Shown here piece after piece: positions 25,301-40,300 of a stretch of 64,000 nt of DNA. This stretch comes from Lytechinus pictus. Its lineage: Eukaryota. The stretch covers positions 15,254,001 through 15,318,000 of the forward strand of contig NC_087245.1 in the NCBI RefSeq assembly GCF_037042905.1, in the 5' to 3' direction. Each line of letters opens with the position of its first letter. The first letter of the stretch is position 1. Under the pieces are notes generated by a model. That model saw only the letters and a program-made list of their open reading frames with translations, ran no database searches and was not told the DNA's origin. The translations under genes and the position numbers were made by a program.

Positions 25301-28300
25301 GTTAGAAATCCGATCTGTTTAAATCTTCCTTGTTCAATCTTTTTAATCAAAATCTTCTTTGTTCAATGAATAGATAACAAGAATACATGTACATGTATAT
25401 AGGTCCATGGTCTGAAAAATCTTCAATGTAGGTTGTCAAGGACAACATGAATGAATGGGAAGGTCTATCAGCAAAAGAATGTTAAGGCTTGGACATGTAG
25501 CCTATTTACAAAGTCTGGAGAAAATGTACTAGCTACCTCTTTTAATATAAGAATAGGCCTATAGTAATGAGCTATTCATTTAAGCGCCTTGCACGGATGA
25601 ACTACTAGTTGGAACAATTTTGCGTGTATTATCTCTTGTTGTCTGGTCAAACTCAGACAATGTGATTTGCATCTTGGCAATTAAAATTTTCATTTCAACA
25701 TGAAGTTCCTTCCAGATCCATAATCATTTAACATGTATTAATGAAGCATTTTTTATCATGCTTTTTTCCTTTGAGGAAGTGTAAAGCTTCATATTACAAG
25801 CAACAAATGGATGATAGTTGAATTTCGTGACAAAACTTGGCTTTTCCCAGCTTAAAAGCAATTCAAATGACTATGAATTTGCCACTAACCAATCGGGTTA
25901 TGCGAATATGTAAAATGGTACAGTAGTAAGTCTAAGCATTGTCCACGCGAGTTGAGAGATATCTAGCGATAATATCGCTGTTGTGAAGCTCTTTGTACAA
26001 CTCTTTCACTTGTTTAAAACTTAACGCAAGAGCGTATCGATCATCGTTTTATAAACAGTGAAGAAGATTCCCTGCGTTGTGCAAAATGCCTTTTGTGTAC
26101 AATGCACTCTAGGTTATAAGGAGAGGCCTGCGCCAGTCCATGTTATAGCGATGTCAGTTATACTCCAAATTGATGCTTTTTAAACATGTTTAAACGAAAA
26201 TGGTTCTTGTAAAAGATTCCTATGAGGGATAATTCAAAATGTAGGCGTAACAATTTTTGTACATAGATACACATGTTCATAATGTCCGGGAATGTCACCC
26301 ATTATTATGATATGGCGAAAGATTCATGCCAATCTATGGCAAAGGAATGGTAGCATCTATAGAGTAAGAAACTCTCCATCTTTGGGATGGTGAAAACAAA
26401 ATCGACTGTCAGAGCAGTATTAACTAATACAAGTAAATCCAGTACACAGTTGGCCATGACCATCAGTATTATCGGTGCTCCGGTGTCGTATTGAATTCTT
26501 CTGTACACAATCCGATTGGAATATAGGCGTATATATAGCAATTACTCGACAACCATTTTAAGAAGGGTTAAATTAAATCCCTTGGTCCAGCACATTTGCT
26601 GTTATTGGTTGGTATACCACACATTAGAACGAGTATTGTAGAAAATTTGGCAATGCCAAGTAAGAAAAGTTGGAAGCAATTTTATTATTCGGATGAATTG
26701 AAGTCAAAATAAGGCTGTAATAAGGGTAAGGCTCGCAATCCAAATCAGTGACATGGTTCGATGTCATATCAGCATACGGCTTAATTCGATAAACCAAAGA
26801 GTTTACAGAGTAAATCATTATAATGATGTGAAGGTGTGCTGAATCAGCGAAATTTCAAAAAGAAAAGATAGGGCAGCGCCCTAATGAAGAAACAGTGTAG
26901 GGCAGCGCCCTGATGTATAAAGGTATGGCTCACGTACCAAATATATGGGTGGAGGAGCCCTCCTGCCCAAGTCAGCATGACTCGCATGCCTTAAAATATC
27001 AGAGACTGCCATGATAGCTGCCGCTTTAACTCAACTCCAGGCAGCTTTCCATGCCTGCTCCCCAACGGAGAGCAGGGCTGAAGGAGACCGTAGGCTTACG
27101 TCTCCTCAATACTCACCATGAAGATAAAGATGTGTAGTCACTGCCGTCACACTTGAAAAAGATGGTTACTATTCATTGGTTAGGGCCTTTTATAGAGAAC
27201 TGGTCCTGTGTGGAATTTTGATTGCTTTGAATCCCATTGTGTGAATTTCACTGCCTAACACCTGGGAAATGCTATCCTCTGAAGACTTATACGAATGTTA
27301 CGTAATAGAATTCCTGGTAGTATGACCAATGTCACTATAAATATGCATTTAAAAGTTTTGTTAATTGGAAAACATGTGTGTTGTCGTGATAAGGAAGTAA
27401 TGGATAAAGATAAGAGCTTTTTTTTAAAGACAAACGCGATATCTACATGTATGTTTTTTTTCTTCTTAATATCATTTGAAAATAAGGTATTGTGGGGAAA
27501 GTGTCGCTCTTGGTGTCAATATTCATGTGAAAGATGCTCTTTTAAGTTATTGAAATTTGTTTGAATTTCATTATCGAACAGTTTCATTGGAGGAGCTGTA
27601 CAGAAATTTAGTGAATTTACCCTTTGTTATGGAATATTTCATGAACATTATGATTGGTGAAAATTGAATCAAACACAAATGAAATGTGATTTGAAAAGAA
27701 GAAATGTGAAAGGAGCATGATTGTGAAAGATTTACAGGATGGGAAAAACAGTAGGATAGTTTTGAATTGTAGATTAATGACAGTAATCCTGTTTGGGGAT
27801 TTCAGTTTTGTCACATACATGTACGTGATGTCATTGTGATATAGGGCAACGACTTGCTCAATTTAATAGAAATGATTTGTCTGCATTTTTTTTAAAGTTA
27901 AAGATTTCCTTTTTCATTTTGAATTGGATACTTGCAGACATAATATTCTGTTACCATGGTTGATTTCCTTTTAATTGCGTTTCATTTGCTACTTACTTTG
28001 GAACAGAATATTGTCTTATTTCATCCTTTATGATAATATACATCTAGTTCTTCTTTACATGAACAAATCTAGGAACAACAACTGGAACCACTATAGAAAC
28101 AACAACAGGCACTACAACAGGAACAACAACTGGAACCACTATAGAAACAACAACAGGTACCACTACTGGAACAACAACAGGTACCACAACAGGAACAACA
28201 ACTGGAACCACTCCAGGCACAACAACAGGTACCACAACAGGAACAACAACTGGAACCACAACAGGAACAACTACAGGTACCACAACAGGAACAACAACTG

Positions 28301-31300
28301 GAACCACAACAGGTACCACAACAGGTACCACAACAGGAACAACAACTGGAACCACTCCAGGAACAACTCCAGCCACCACAACAGGTACATTACAGGGAAC
28401 AATTGGCACAATATCTGGAAACATTCCAGAATATGGATAATGTATGAATGGCAGTAGACACAGTAAGATCAAGTTTGTGAGAAAAGGACCATTTTTTATA
28501 AATGCTTTGGTTACTCTTTTAGTGAAGAAGGGAAGGGTAAAGTGTCCGAGATGATACTTTATCACTCAAAAATCATAGGGATGGGGTCACCTTTCCTGCC
28601 CTTCCTTTTGTGTCACCGACTTGATATCACCAGCCAGAAAGGAGATGGACAGATGATCATCTTTGAAAAGCTAGTTCGTTGTTCCATTCTCTGCATGATG
28701 AGAATAAGGTCATTCGAACTCAAATAGCATGAAAGTTTTAATATTCTTTTGAATTGTGCTTTTCATTAGATCCTCCGGAATCAGAAATGAGTCAATGAGC
28801 AAGTGGTATTTAAGAGTTGGCCAAGTACATTGGAAAAAGTAACATGCTAATGTATTAAAAGTAGAATTGCCACAAATACCTTGATAAAGTATTTATTGAT
28901 ATGCTATTCTAGTCACCAGTTCCATTCAATTTCTGCCTGCTATGTCAGGCATATTTAGATATTAATATCTTGCTTTGTGATTTACCCATCCTTATGAAAG
29001 AAAGGAAGGGTCAATTGTATAAACTTGCCGATGAGGCAAAGAGGAGCTTGTCTTTTGCAGAAATGATAGTTTCTATGTTGGTAGTGAATGTTGATTTACT
29101 GATTGATAGTTATTGGAGGCGCGATAGCTCAGTCGGTAGAGCGGGGTACTCGTATTCCGGTGACCCGGGTTCGATTCCCACTTTGTGCGCTAGTGCCCTT
29201 TGGTAAGGCATTAATCCTCATTACCAGGTCCTTCGGAGAGGACCTTAAGCCGTCGGTCCTCTGGTTGCTTGCTTACAAGCATTCATGCTTTCTTAGCAAT
29301 CAGGTAAAAAATCACCACCATCAATATATAGATGGCTATGGTGAGATATTTATGTATGTTATAATTATATGTGTACATGTAGGTGTAATAAATGTTTACC
29401 CTGTAGAAAGAAATTCCACAAATGCTTTGGGCCTAGGCAGTCCGTCAAATGCTAGGGTATGAATACCATCATCATGTTAAGCCAGACCTGCTCGGATAAC
29501 AGTTTTGGGAACTGAAGTGGCTACCCCTGGTAAAAATGTTGTTGTTATTATTATTATTAGTATTATTGCTATGATTAATATGAATTTCAATTATTAGTAT
29601 TATTAGCATTATTTTATCATTAGTGTTCTCATGAAGGCGTTTCTTTTATTATATTCAGAGATGGACTTGAGTTTTATTTGTATTACCTTGCTCAGGTAAA
29701 TTTATTTTCTTGTTGTTGTGGTATTAATTGGTTTGAAATTAATTGCTTCACCAGCTTGTCCTGATATGTCATGACAATTGCAGAATACTCAACTATTACT
29801 ACATGTAGAACTCCTTATACTGCACTTTATCCCTCTCTTTAATGTAACACTTAAAATGACTTTTTTTCCAGTCATATTCTACTACTTTATTGGCAATCCA
29901 AAACTCCTTTTGTCTTGCAGAGTGTGTTCCCAGCAGAGATTACAAATGTATTTGGACTGACTGGATTAATAATGATTCTGGACAAATGCAATCTGAGAGT
30001 GCTCCAGCTGAGGAAGTTGAACTTCTTGCAGATGCCCGGCACTTCCCCGGTTTCCCTGAAGATTGCAGCGTATTCGGTATCCGGTGCAGGACAGTAGACA
30101 CACATGTGTTGTGGAATGAAACTACTGACGCTGTTACCGTTGATGTGAATACAGGTCTTCGTTGTATTAATATACTAGGAAGACCAATATGTCTGGACTA
30201 TGAATGTAGCTGGCTGTGCTGCAGTTGGCACACTGTCACTTGCTCACCACCTGGAACAACCACAGAAGGTAGTTGCATCAATCAAGTATTTTTACTAATT
30301 CCTGGTAGTATGACCAATGTCACTATAAATATGCATTTAAAAGTTTTGTTAATTGGAAAACATGTGTGTTGTCGTGATAAGGAAGTAATGGATAAAGATA
30401 AGAGCTTTTTTTTAAAGACAAACGCGATATCTACATGTATGTTTTTTTTCTTCTTAATATCATTTGAAAATAAGGTATTGTGGGGAAAGTGTCGCTCTTG
30501 GTGTCAATATTCATGTGAAAGATGCTCTTTTAAGTTATTGAAATTTGTTTGAATTTCATTATCGAACAGTTTCATTGGAGGAGCTGTACAGAAATTTAGT
30601 GAATTTACCCTTTGTTATGGAATATTTCATGAACATTATGATTGGTGAAAATTGAATCAAACACAAATGAAATGTGATTTGAAAAGAAGAAATGTGAAAG
30701 GAGCATGATTGTGAAAGATTTACAGGATGGGAAAAACAGTAGGATAGTTTTGAATTGTAGATTAATGACAGTAATCCTGTTTGGGGATTTCAGTTTTGTC
30801 ACATACATGTACGTGATGTCATTGTGATATAGGGCAACGACTTGCTCAATTTAATAGAAATGATTTGTCTGCATTTTTTTTAAAGTTAAAGATTTCCTTT
30901 TTCATTTTGAATTGGATACTTGCAGACATAATATTCTGTTACCATGGTTGATTTCCTTTTAATTGCGTTTCATTTGCTACTTACTTTGGAACAGAATATT
31001 GTCTTATTTCATCCTTTATGATAATATACATCTAGTTCTTCTTTACATGAACAAATCTAGGAACAACAACTGGAACCACTATAGAAACAACAACAGGCAC
31101 TACAACAGGAACAACAACTGGAACCACTATAGAAACAACAACAGGTACCACAACAGGAACAACAACTGGAACCACTCCAGGCACAACAACAGGTACCACA
31201 ACAGGAACAACAACTGGAACCACAACAGGAACAACTACAGGTACAACAACAGGAACAACAACTGGAACCACAACAGGTACCACAACAGGTACCACAACAG

Positions 31301-34300
31301 GAACAACAACTGGAACCACTCCAGGAACAACTCCAGCCACCACAACAGGTACATTACAGGGAACAATTGGCACAATATCTGGAAACATTCCAGAATATGG
31401 ATAATGTATGAATGGCAGTAGACACAGTAAGATCAAGTTTGTGAGAAAAGGACCATTTTTTATAAATGCTTTGGTTACTCTTTTAGTGAAGAAGGGAAGG
31501 GTAAAGTGTCCGAGATGATACTTTATCACTCAAAAATCATAGGGATGGGGTCACCCTTCCTGCCCTTCCTTTTGTGTCACCGACTTGATATCACCAGCCA
31601 GAAAGGAGATGGACAGATGATCATCTTTGAAAAGCTAGTTCGTTGTTCCATTCTGTGCATGATGAGAATAAGGTCATTCGAACTCAAATAGCATGAAAGT
31701 TTTAATATTCTTTTGAATTGTGCTTTTCATTAGATCCTCCGGAATCAGAAATGAGTCAATGAGCAAGTGGTATTTAAGAGTTGGCCAAGTACATTGGAAA
31801 AAGTAACATGCTAATGTATTAAAAGTAGAATTGCCACAAATACCTTGATAAAGTATTTATTGATATGCTATTCTAGTCACCAGTTCCATTCAATTTCTGC
31901 CTGCTATGTCAGGCATATTTAGATATTAATATCTTGCTTTGTGATTTACCCATCCTTATGAAAGAAAGGAAGGGTCAATTGTATAAACTTGCCGATGAGG
32001 CAAAGAGGAGCTTGTCTTTTGGAGAAATGATAGTTTCTATGTTGGTAGTGAATGTTGATTTACTGATTGATAGTTATTGGAGGCGCGATAGCTCAGTCGG
32101 TAGAGCGGGGTACTCGTATTCCGGTGACCCAGGTTCGATTCCCACTTTGTGCGCTAGTGCCCTTTGGTAAGGCATTAATCCTCATTACCAGGTCCTTCGG
32201 AGAGGACCTTAAGCCGTCGGTCCTCTGGTTGCTTGCTTACAAGCATTCATGCTTTCTTAGCAATCAGGTAAAAAATCACCACCATCAATATATAGATGGC
32301 TATGGTGAGATATTTATGTATGTTATAATTATATGTGTACATGTAGGTGTAATAAATGTTTACCCTGTAGAAAGAAATTCCACAAATGCTTTGGGCCTAG
32401 GCAGTCCGTCAAATGCTAGGGTATGAATACCATCATCATGTTAAGCCAGACCTGCTCGGATAACAGTTTTGGGAACTGAAGTGGCTACCCCTGGTAAAAA
32501 TGTTGTTGTTATTATTATTATTAGTATTATTGCTATGATTAATATGAATTTCAATTATTAGTATTATTAGCATTATTTTATCATTAGTGTTCTCATGAAG
32601 GCGTTTCTTTTATTATATTCAGAGATGGACTTGAGTTTTATTTGTATTACCTTGCTCAGGTAAATTTATTTTCTTGTTGTTGTGGTATTAATTGGTTTGA
32701 AATTAATTGCTTCACCAGCTTGTCCTGATATGTCATGACAATTGCAGAATACTCAACTATTACTACATGTAGAACTCCTTATACTGCACTTTATCCCTCT
32801 CTTTAATGTAACACTTAAAATGACTTTTTTTCCAGTCATATTCTACTACTTTATTGGCAATCCAAAACTCCTTTTGTCTTGCAGAGTGTGTTCCCAGCAG
32901 AGATTACAAATGTATTTGGACTGACTGGATTAATAATGATTCTGGACAAATGCAATCTGAGAGTGCTCCAGCTGAGGAAGTTGAACTTCTTGCAGATGCC
33001 CGGCACTTCCCCGGTTTCCCTGAAGATTGCAGCGTATTCGGTATCCGGTGCAGGACAGTAGACACACATGTGTTGTGGAATGAAACTACTGACGCTGTTA
33101 CCGTTGATGTGAATACAGGTCTTCGTTGTATTAATATACTAGGAAGACCAATATGTCTGGACTATGAATGTAGCTGGCTGTGCTGCAGTTGGCACACTGT
33201 CACTTGCTCACCACCTGGAACAACCACAGAAGGTAGTTGCATCAATCAAGTATTTTTACTAATTCCTGGTAGTATGACCAATGTCACTATAAATATGCAT
33301 TTAAAAGTTTTGTTAATTGGAAAACATGTGTGTTGTCGTGATAAGGAAGTAATGGATAAAGATAAGAGCTTTTTTTTAAAGACAAACGCGATATCTACAT
33401 GTATGTTTTTTTTCTTCTTAATATCATTTGAAAATAAGGTATTGTGGGGAAAGTGTCGCTCTTGGTGTCAATATTCATGTGAAAGATGCTCTTTTAAGTT
33501 ATTGAAATTTGTTTGAATTTCATTATCGAACAGTTTCATTGGAGGAGCTGTACAGAAATTTAGTGAATTTACCCTTTGTTATGGAATATTTCATGAACAT
33601 TATGATTGGTGAAAATTGAATCAAACACAAATGAAATGTGATTTGAAAAGAAGAAATGTGAAAGGAGCATGATTGTGAAAGATTTACAGGATGGGAAAAA
33701 CAGTAGGATAGTTTTGAATTGTAGATTAATGACAGTAATCCTGTTTGGGGATTTCAGTTTTGTCACATACATGTACGTGATGTCATTGTGATATAGGGCA
33801 ACGACTTGCTCAATTTAATAGAAATGATTTGTCTGCATTTTTTTTAAAGTTAAAGATTTCCTTTTTCATTTTGAATTGGATACTTGCAGACATAATATTC
33901 TGTTACCATGGTTGATTTCCTTTTAATTGCGTTTCATTTGCTACTTACTTTGGAACAGAATATTGTCTTATTTCATCCTTTATGATAATATACATCTAGT
34001 TCTTCTTTACATGAACAAATCTAGGAACAACAACTGGAACCACTATAGAAACAACAACAGGCACTACAACAGGAACAACAACTGGAACCACTATAGAAAC
34101 AACAACAGGTACCACAACAGGAACAACAACTGGAACCACTCCAGGCACAACAACAGGTACCACAACAGGAACAACAACTGGAACCACAACAGGAACAACT
34201 ACAGGTACAACAACAGGAACAACAACTGGAACCACAACAGGTACCACAACAGGTACCACAACAGGAACAACAACTGGAACCACTCCAGGAACAACTCCAG

Positions 34301-37300
34301 CCACCACAACAGGTACATTACAGGGAACAATTGGCACAATATCTGGAAACATTCCAGAATATGGATAATGTATGAATGGCAGTAGACACAGTAAGATCAA
34401 GTTTGTGAGAAAAGGACCATTTTTTATAAATGCTTTGGTTACTCTTTTAGTGAAGAAGGGAAGGGTAAAGTGTCCGAGATGATACTTTATCACTCAAAAA
34501 TCATAGGGATGCGGTCACCCTTCCTGCCCTTCCTTTTGTGTCACCGACTTGATATCACCAGCCAGAAAGGAGATGGACAGATGATCATCTTTGAAAAGCT
34601 AGTTCGTTGTTCCATTCTGTGCATGATGAGAATAAGGTCATTCGAACTCAAATAGCATGAAAGTTTTAATATTCTTTTGAATTGTGCTTTTCATTAGATC
34701 CTCCGGAATCAGAAATGAGTCAATGAGCAAGTGGTATTTAAGAGTTGGCCAAGTACATTGGAAAAAGTAACATGCTAATGTATTAAAAGTAGAATTGCCA
34801 CAAATACCTTGATAAAGTATTTATTGATATGCTATTCTAGTCACCAGTTCCATTCAATTTCTGCCTGCTATGTCAGGCATATTTAGATATTAATATCTTG
34901 CTTTGTGATTTACCCATCCTTATGAAAGAAAGGAAGGGTCAATTGTATAAACTTGCCGATGAGGCAAAGAGGAGCTTGTCTTTTGCAGAAATGATAGTTT
35001 CTATGTTGGTAGTGAATGTTGATTTACTGATTGATAGTTATTGGAGGCGCGATAGCTCAGTCGGTAGAGCGGGGTACTCGTATTCCGGTGACCCAGGTTC
35101 GATTCCCACTTTGTGCGCTAGTGCCCTTTGGTAAGGCATTAATCCTCATTACCAGGTCCTTCGGAGAGGACCTTAAGCCGTCGGTCCTCTGGTTGCTTGC
35201 TTACAAGCATTCATGCTTTCTTAGCAATCAGGTAAAAAATCACCACCATCAATATATAGATGGCTATGGTGAGATATTTATGTATGTTATAATTATATGT
35301 GTACATGTAGGTGTAATAAATGTTTACCCTGTAGAAAGAAATTCCACAAATGCTTTGGGCCTAGGCAGTCCGTCAAATGCTAGGGTATGAATACCATCAT
35401 CATGTTAAGCCAGACCTGCTCGGATAACAGTTTTGGGAACTGAAGTGGCTACCCCTGGTAAAAATGTTGTTGTTATTATTATTATTAGTATTATTGCTAT
35501 GATTAATATGAATTTCAATTATTAGTATTATTAGCATTATTTTATCATTAGTGTTCTCATGAAGGCGTTTCTTTTATTATATTCAGAGATGGACTTGAGT
35601 TTTATTTGTATTACCTTGCTCAGGTAAATTTATTTTCTTGTTGTTGTGGTATTAATTGGTTTGAAATTAATTGCTTCACCAGCTTGTCCTGATATGTCAT
35701 GACAATTGCAGAATACTCAACTATTACTACATGTAGAACTCCTTATACTGCACTTTATCCCTCTCTTTAATGTAACACTTAAAATGACTTTTTTTCCAGT
35801 CATATTCTACTACTTTATTGGCAATCCAAAACTCCTTTTGTCTTGCAGAGTGTGTTCCCAGCAGAGATTACAAATGTATTTGGACTGACTGGATTAATAA
35901 TGATTCTGGACAAATGCAATCTGAGAGTGCTCCAGCTGAGGAAGTTGAACTTCTTGCAGATGCCCGGCACTTCCCCGGTTTCCCTGAAGATTGCAGCGTA
36001 TTCGGTATCCGGTGCAGGACAGTAGACACACATGTGTTGTGGAATGAAACTACTGACGCTGTTACCGTTGATGTGAATACAGGTCTTCGTTGTATTAATA
36101 TACTAGGAAGACCAATATGTCTGGACTATGAATGTAGCTGGCTGTGCTGCAGTTGGCACACTGTCACTTGCTCACCACCTGGAACAACCACAGAAGGTAG
36201 TTGCATCAATCAAGTATTTTTACTAATTCCTGGTAGTATGACCAATGTCACTATAAATATGCATTTAAAAGTTTTGTTAATTGGAAAACATGTGTGTTGT
36301 CGTGATAAGGAAGTAATGGATAAAGATAAGAGCTTTTTTTTAAAGACAAACGCGATATCTACATGTATGTTTTTTTTCTTCTTAATATCATTTGAAAATA
36401 AGGTATTGTGGGGAAAGTGTCGCTCTTGGTGTCAATATTCATGTGAAAGATGCTCTTTTAAGTTATTGAAATTTGTTTGAATTTCATTATCGAACAGTTT
36501 CATTGGAGGAGCTGTACAGAAATTTAGTGAATTTACCCTTTGTTATGGAATATTTCATGAACATTATGATTGGTGAAAATTGAATCAAACACAAATGAAA
36601 TGTGATTTGAAAAGAAGAAATGTGAAAGGAGCATGATTGTGAAAGATTTACAGGATGGGAAAAACAGTAGGATAGTTTTGAATTGTAGATTAATGACAGT
36701 AATCCTGTTTGGGGATTTCAGTTTTGTCACATACATGTACGTGATGTCATTGTGATATAGGGCAACGACTTGCTCAATTTAATAGAAATGATTTGTCTGC
36801 ATTTTTTTTAAAGTTAAAGATTTCCTTTTTCATTTTGAATTGGATACTTGCAGACATAATATTCTGTTACCATGGTTGATTTCCTTTTAATTGCGTTTCA
36901 TTTGCTACCTACTTTGGAACAGAATATTGTCTTATTTCATCCTTTATGATAATATACATCTAGTTCTTCTTTACATGAACAAATCTAGGAACAACAACTG
37001 GAACCACTATAGAAACAACAACAGGCACTACAACAGGAACAACAACTGGAACCACTATAGAAACAACAACAGGTACCACAACAGGAACAACAACTGGAAC
37101 CACTCCAGGCACAACAACAGGTACCACAACAGGAACAACAACTGGAACCACAACAGGAACAACTACAGGTACAACAACAGGAACAACAACTGGAACCACA
37201 ACAGGTACCACAACAGGTACCACAACAGGAACAACAACTGGAACCACTCCAGGAACAACTCCAGCCACCACAACAGGTACATTACAGGGAACAATTGGCA

Positions 37301-40300
37301 CAATATCTGGAAACATTCCAGAATATGGATAATGTATGAATGGCAGTAGACACAGTAAGATCAAGTTTGTGAGAAAAGGACCATTTTTTATAAATGCTTT
37401 GGTTACTCTTTTAGTGAAGAAGGGAAGGGTAAAGTGTCCGAGATGATACTTTATCACTCAAAAATCATAGGGATGCGGTCACCCTTCCTGCCCTTCCTTT
37501 TGTGTCACCGACTTGATATCACCAGCCAGAAAGGAGATGGACAGATGATCATCTTTGAAAAGCTAGTTCGTTGTTCCATTCTGTGCATGATGAGAATAAG
37601 GTCATTCGAACTCAAATAGCATGAAAGTTTTAATATTCTTTTGAATTGTGCTTTTCATTAGATCCTCCGGAATCAGAAATGAGTCAATGAGCAAGTGGTA
37701 TTTAAGAGTTGGCCAAGTACATTGGAAAAAGTAACATGCTAATGTATTAAAAGTAGAATTGCCACAAATACCTTGATAAAGTATTTATTGATATGCTATT
37801 CTAGTCACCAGTTCCATTCAATTTCTGCCTGCTATGTCAGGCATATTTAGATATTAATATCTTGCTTTGTGATTTACCCATCCTTATGAAAGAAAGGAAG
37901 GGTCAATTGTATAAACTTGCCGATGAGGCAAAGAGGAGCTTGTCTTTTGCAGAAATGATAGTTTCTATGTTGGTAGTGAATGTTGATTTACTGATTGATA
38001 GTTATTGGAGGCGCGATAGCTCAGTCGGTAGAGCGGGGTACTCGTATTCCGGTGACCCAGGTTCGATTCCCACTTTGTGCGCTAGTGCCCTTTGGTAAGG
38101 CATTAATCCTCATTACCAGGTCCTTCGGAGAGGACCTTAAGCCGTCGGTCCTCTGGTTGCTTGCTTACAAGCATTCATGCTTTCTTAGCAATCAGGTAAA
38201 AAATCACCACCATCAATATATAGATGGCTATGGTGAGATATTTATGTATGTTATAATTATATGTGTACATGTAGGTGTAATAAATGTTTACCCTGTAGAA
38301 AGAAATTCCACAAATGCTTTGGGCCTAGGCAGTCCGTCAAATGCTAGGGTATGAATACCATCATCATGTTAAGCCAGACCTGCTCGGATAACAGTTTTGG
38401 GAACTGAAGTGGCTACCCCTGGTAAAAATGTTGTTGTTATTATTATTATTAGTATTATTGCTATGATTAATATGAATTTCAATTATTAGTATTATTAGCA
38501 TTATTTTATCATTAGTGTTCTCATGAAGGCGTTTCTTTTATTATATTCAGAGATGGACTTGAGTTTTATTTGTATTACCTTGCTCAGGTAAATTTATTTT
38601 CTTGTTGTTGTGGTATTAATTGGTTTGAAATTAATTGCTTCACCAGCTTGTCCTGATATGTCATGACAATTGCAGAATACTCAACTATTACTACATGTAG
38701 AACTCCTTATACTGCACTTTATCCCTCTCTTTAATGTAACACTTAAAATGACTTTTTTTCCAGTCATATTCTACTACTTTATTGGCAATCCAAAACTCCT
38801 TTTGTCTTGCAGAGTGTGTTCCCAGCAGAGATTACAAATGTATTTGGACTGACTGGATTAATAATGATTCTGGACAAATGCAATCTGAGAGTGCTCCAGC
38901 TGAGGAAGTTGAACTTCTTGCAGATGCCCGGCACTTCCCCGGTTTCCCTGAAGATTGCAGCGTATTCGGTATCCGGTGCAGGACAGTAGACACACATGTG
39001 TTGTGGAATGAAACTACTGACGCTGTTACCGTTGATGTGAATACAGGTCTTCGTTGTATTAATATACTAGGAAGACCAATATGTCTGGACTATGAATGTA
39101 GCTGGCTGTGCTGCAGTTGGCACACTGTCACTTGCTCACCACCTGGAACAACCACAGAAGGTAGTTGCATCAATCAAGTATTTTTACTAATTCCTGGTAG
39201 TATGACCAATGTCACTATAAATATGCATTTAAAAGTTTTGTTAATTGGAAAACATGTGTGTTGTCGTGATAAGGAAGTAATGGATAAAGATAAGAGCTTT
39301 TTTTTAAAGACAAACGCGATATCTACATGTATGTTTTTTTTCTTCTTAATATCATTTGAAAATAAGGTATTGTGGGGAAAGTGTCGCTCTTGGTGTCAAT
39401 ATTCATGTGAAAGATGCTCTTTTAAGTTATTGAAATTTGTTTGAATTTCATTATCGAACAGTTTCATTGGAGGAGCTGTACAGAAATTTAGTGAATTTAC
39501 CCTTTGTTATGGAATATTTCATGAACATTATGATTGGTGAAAATTGAATCAAACACAAATGAAATGTGATTTGAAAAGAAGAAATGTGAAAGGAGCATGA
39601 TTGTGAAAGATTTACAGGATGGGAAAAACAGTAGGATAGTTTTGAATTGTAGATTAATGACAGTAATCCTGTTTGGGGATTTCAGTTTTGTCACATACAT
39701 GTACGTGATGTCATTGTGATATAGGGCAACGACTTGCTCAATTTAATAGAAATGATTTGTCTGCATTTTTTTTAAAGTTAAAGATTTCCTTTTTCATTTT
39801 GAATTGGATACTTGCAGACATAATATTCTGTTACCATGGTTGATTTCCTTTTAATTGCGTTTCATTTGCTACCTACTTTGGAACAGAATATTGTCTTATT
39901 TCATCCTTTATGATAATATACATCTAGTTCTTCTTTACATGAACAAATCTAGGAACAACAACTGGAACCACTATAGAAACAACAACAGGCACTACAACAG
40001 GAACAACAACTGGAACCACTATAGAAACAACAACAGGTACCACAACAGGAACAACAACTGGAACCACTCCAGGCACAACAACAGGTACCACAACAGGAAC
40101 AACAACTGGAACCACAACAGGAACAACTACAGGTACAACAACAGGAACAACAACTGGAACCACAACAGGTACCACAACAGGTACCACAACAGGAACAACA
40201 ACTGGAACCACTCCAGGAACAACTCCAGCCACCACAACAGGTACATTACAGGGAACAATTGGCACAATATCTGGAAACATTCCAGAATATGGATAATGTA

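Larger units (their letters stand above)
22440..27313 (-). mobile_element. DIRS1-type tyrosine-recombinase retrotransposon, non-autonomous/decayed, 4874 bp
   Basis: Interrupts the empty site tactaattcctggtag seen in sister units; ITRs with non-identical outer ends, an internal complementary region, and RT/RH/YR motif remnants on the minus strand. Confidence 0.88.

Noticed and set aside
26869..26911. Direct repeat tagggcagcgccct x2 in the DIRS 5' region
   Set aside because: The repeat is real but short, and no function can be supported from the sequence.
22440..27313. Cut-and-paste DNA transposon with TIRs and a 5 bp TSD
   Set aside because: The outer ends are not mutual inverted repeats but match an internal region, aattc is part of the element's own junction, and the remnants are RT/YR-like rather than DDE.
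29890..30552. 220-257 aa single-exon CysD proteins as listed in the ORF track
   Set aside because: The extensions are intron read-through with non-ATG starts and are broken by indels in sister units (for example near 42293).
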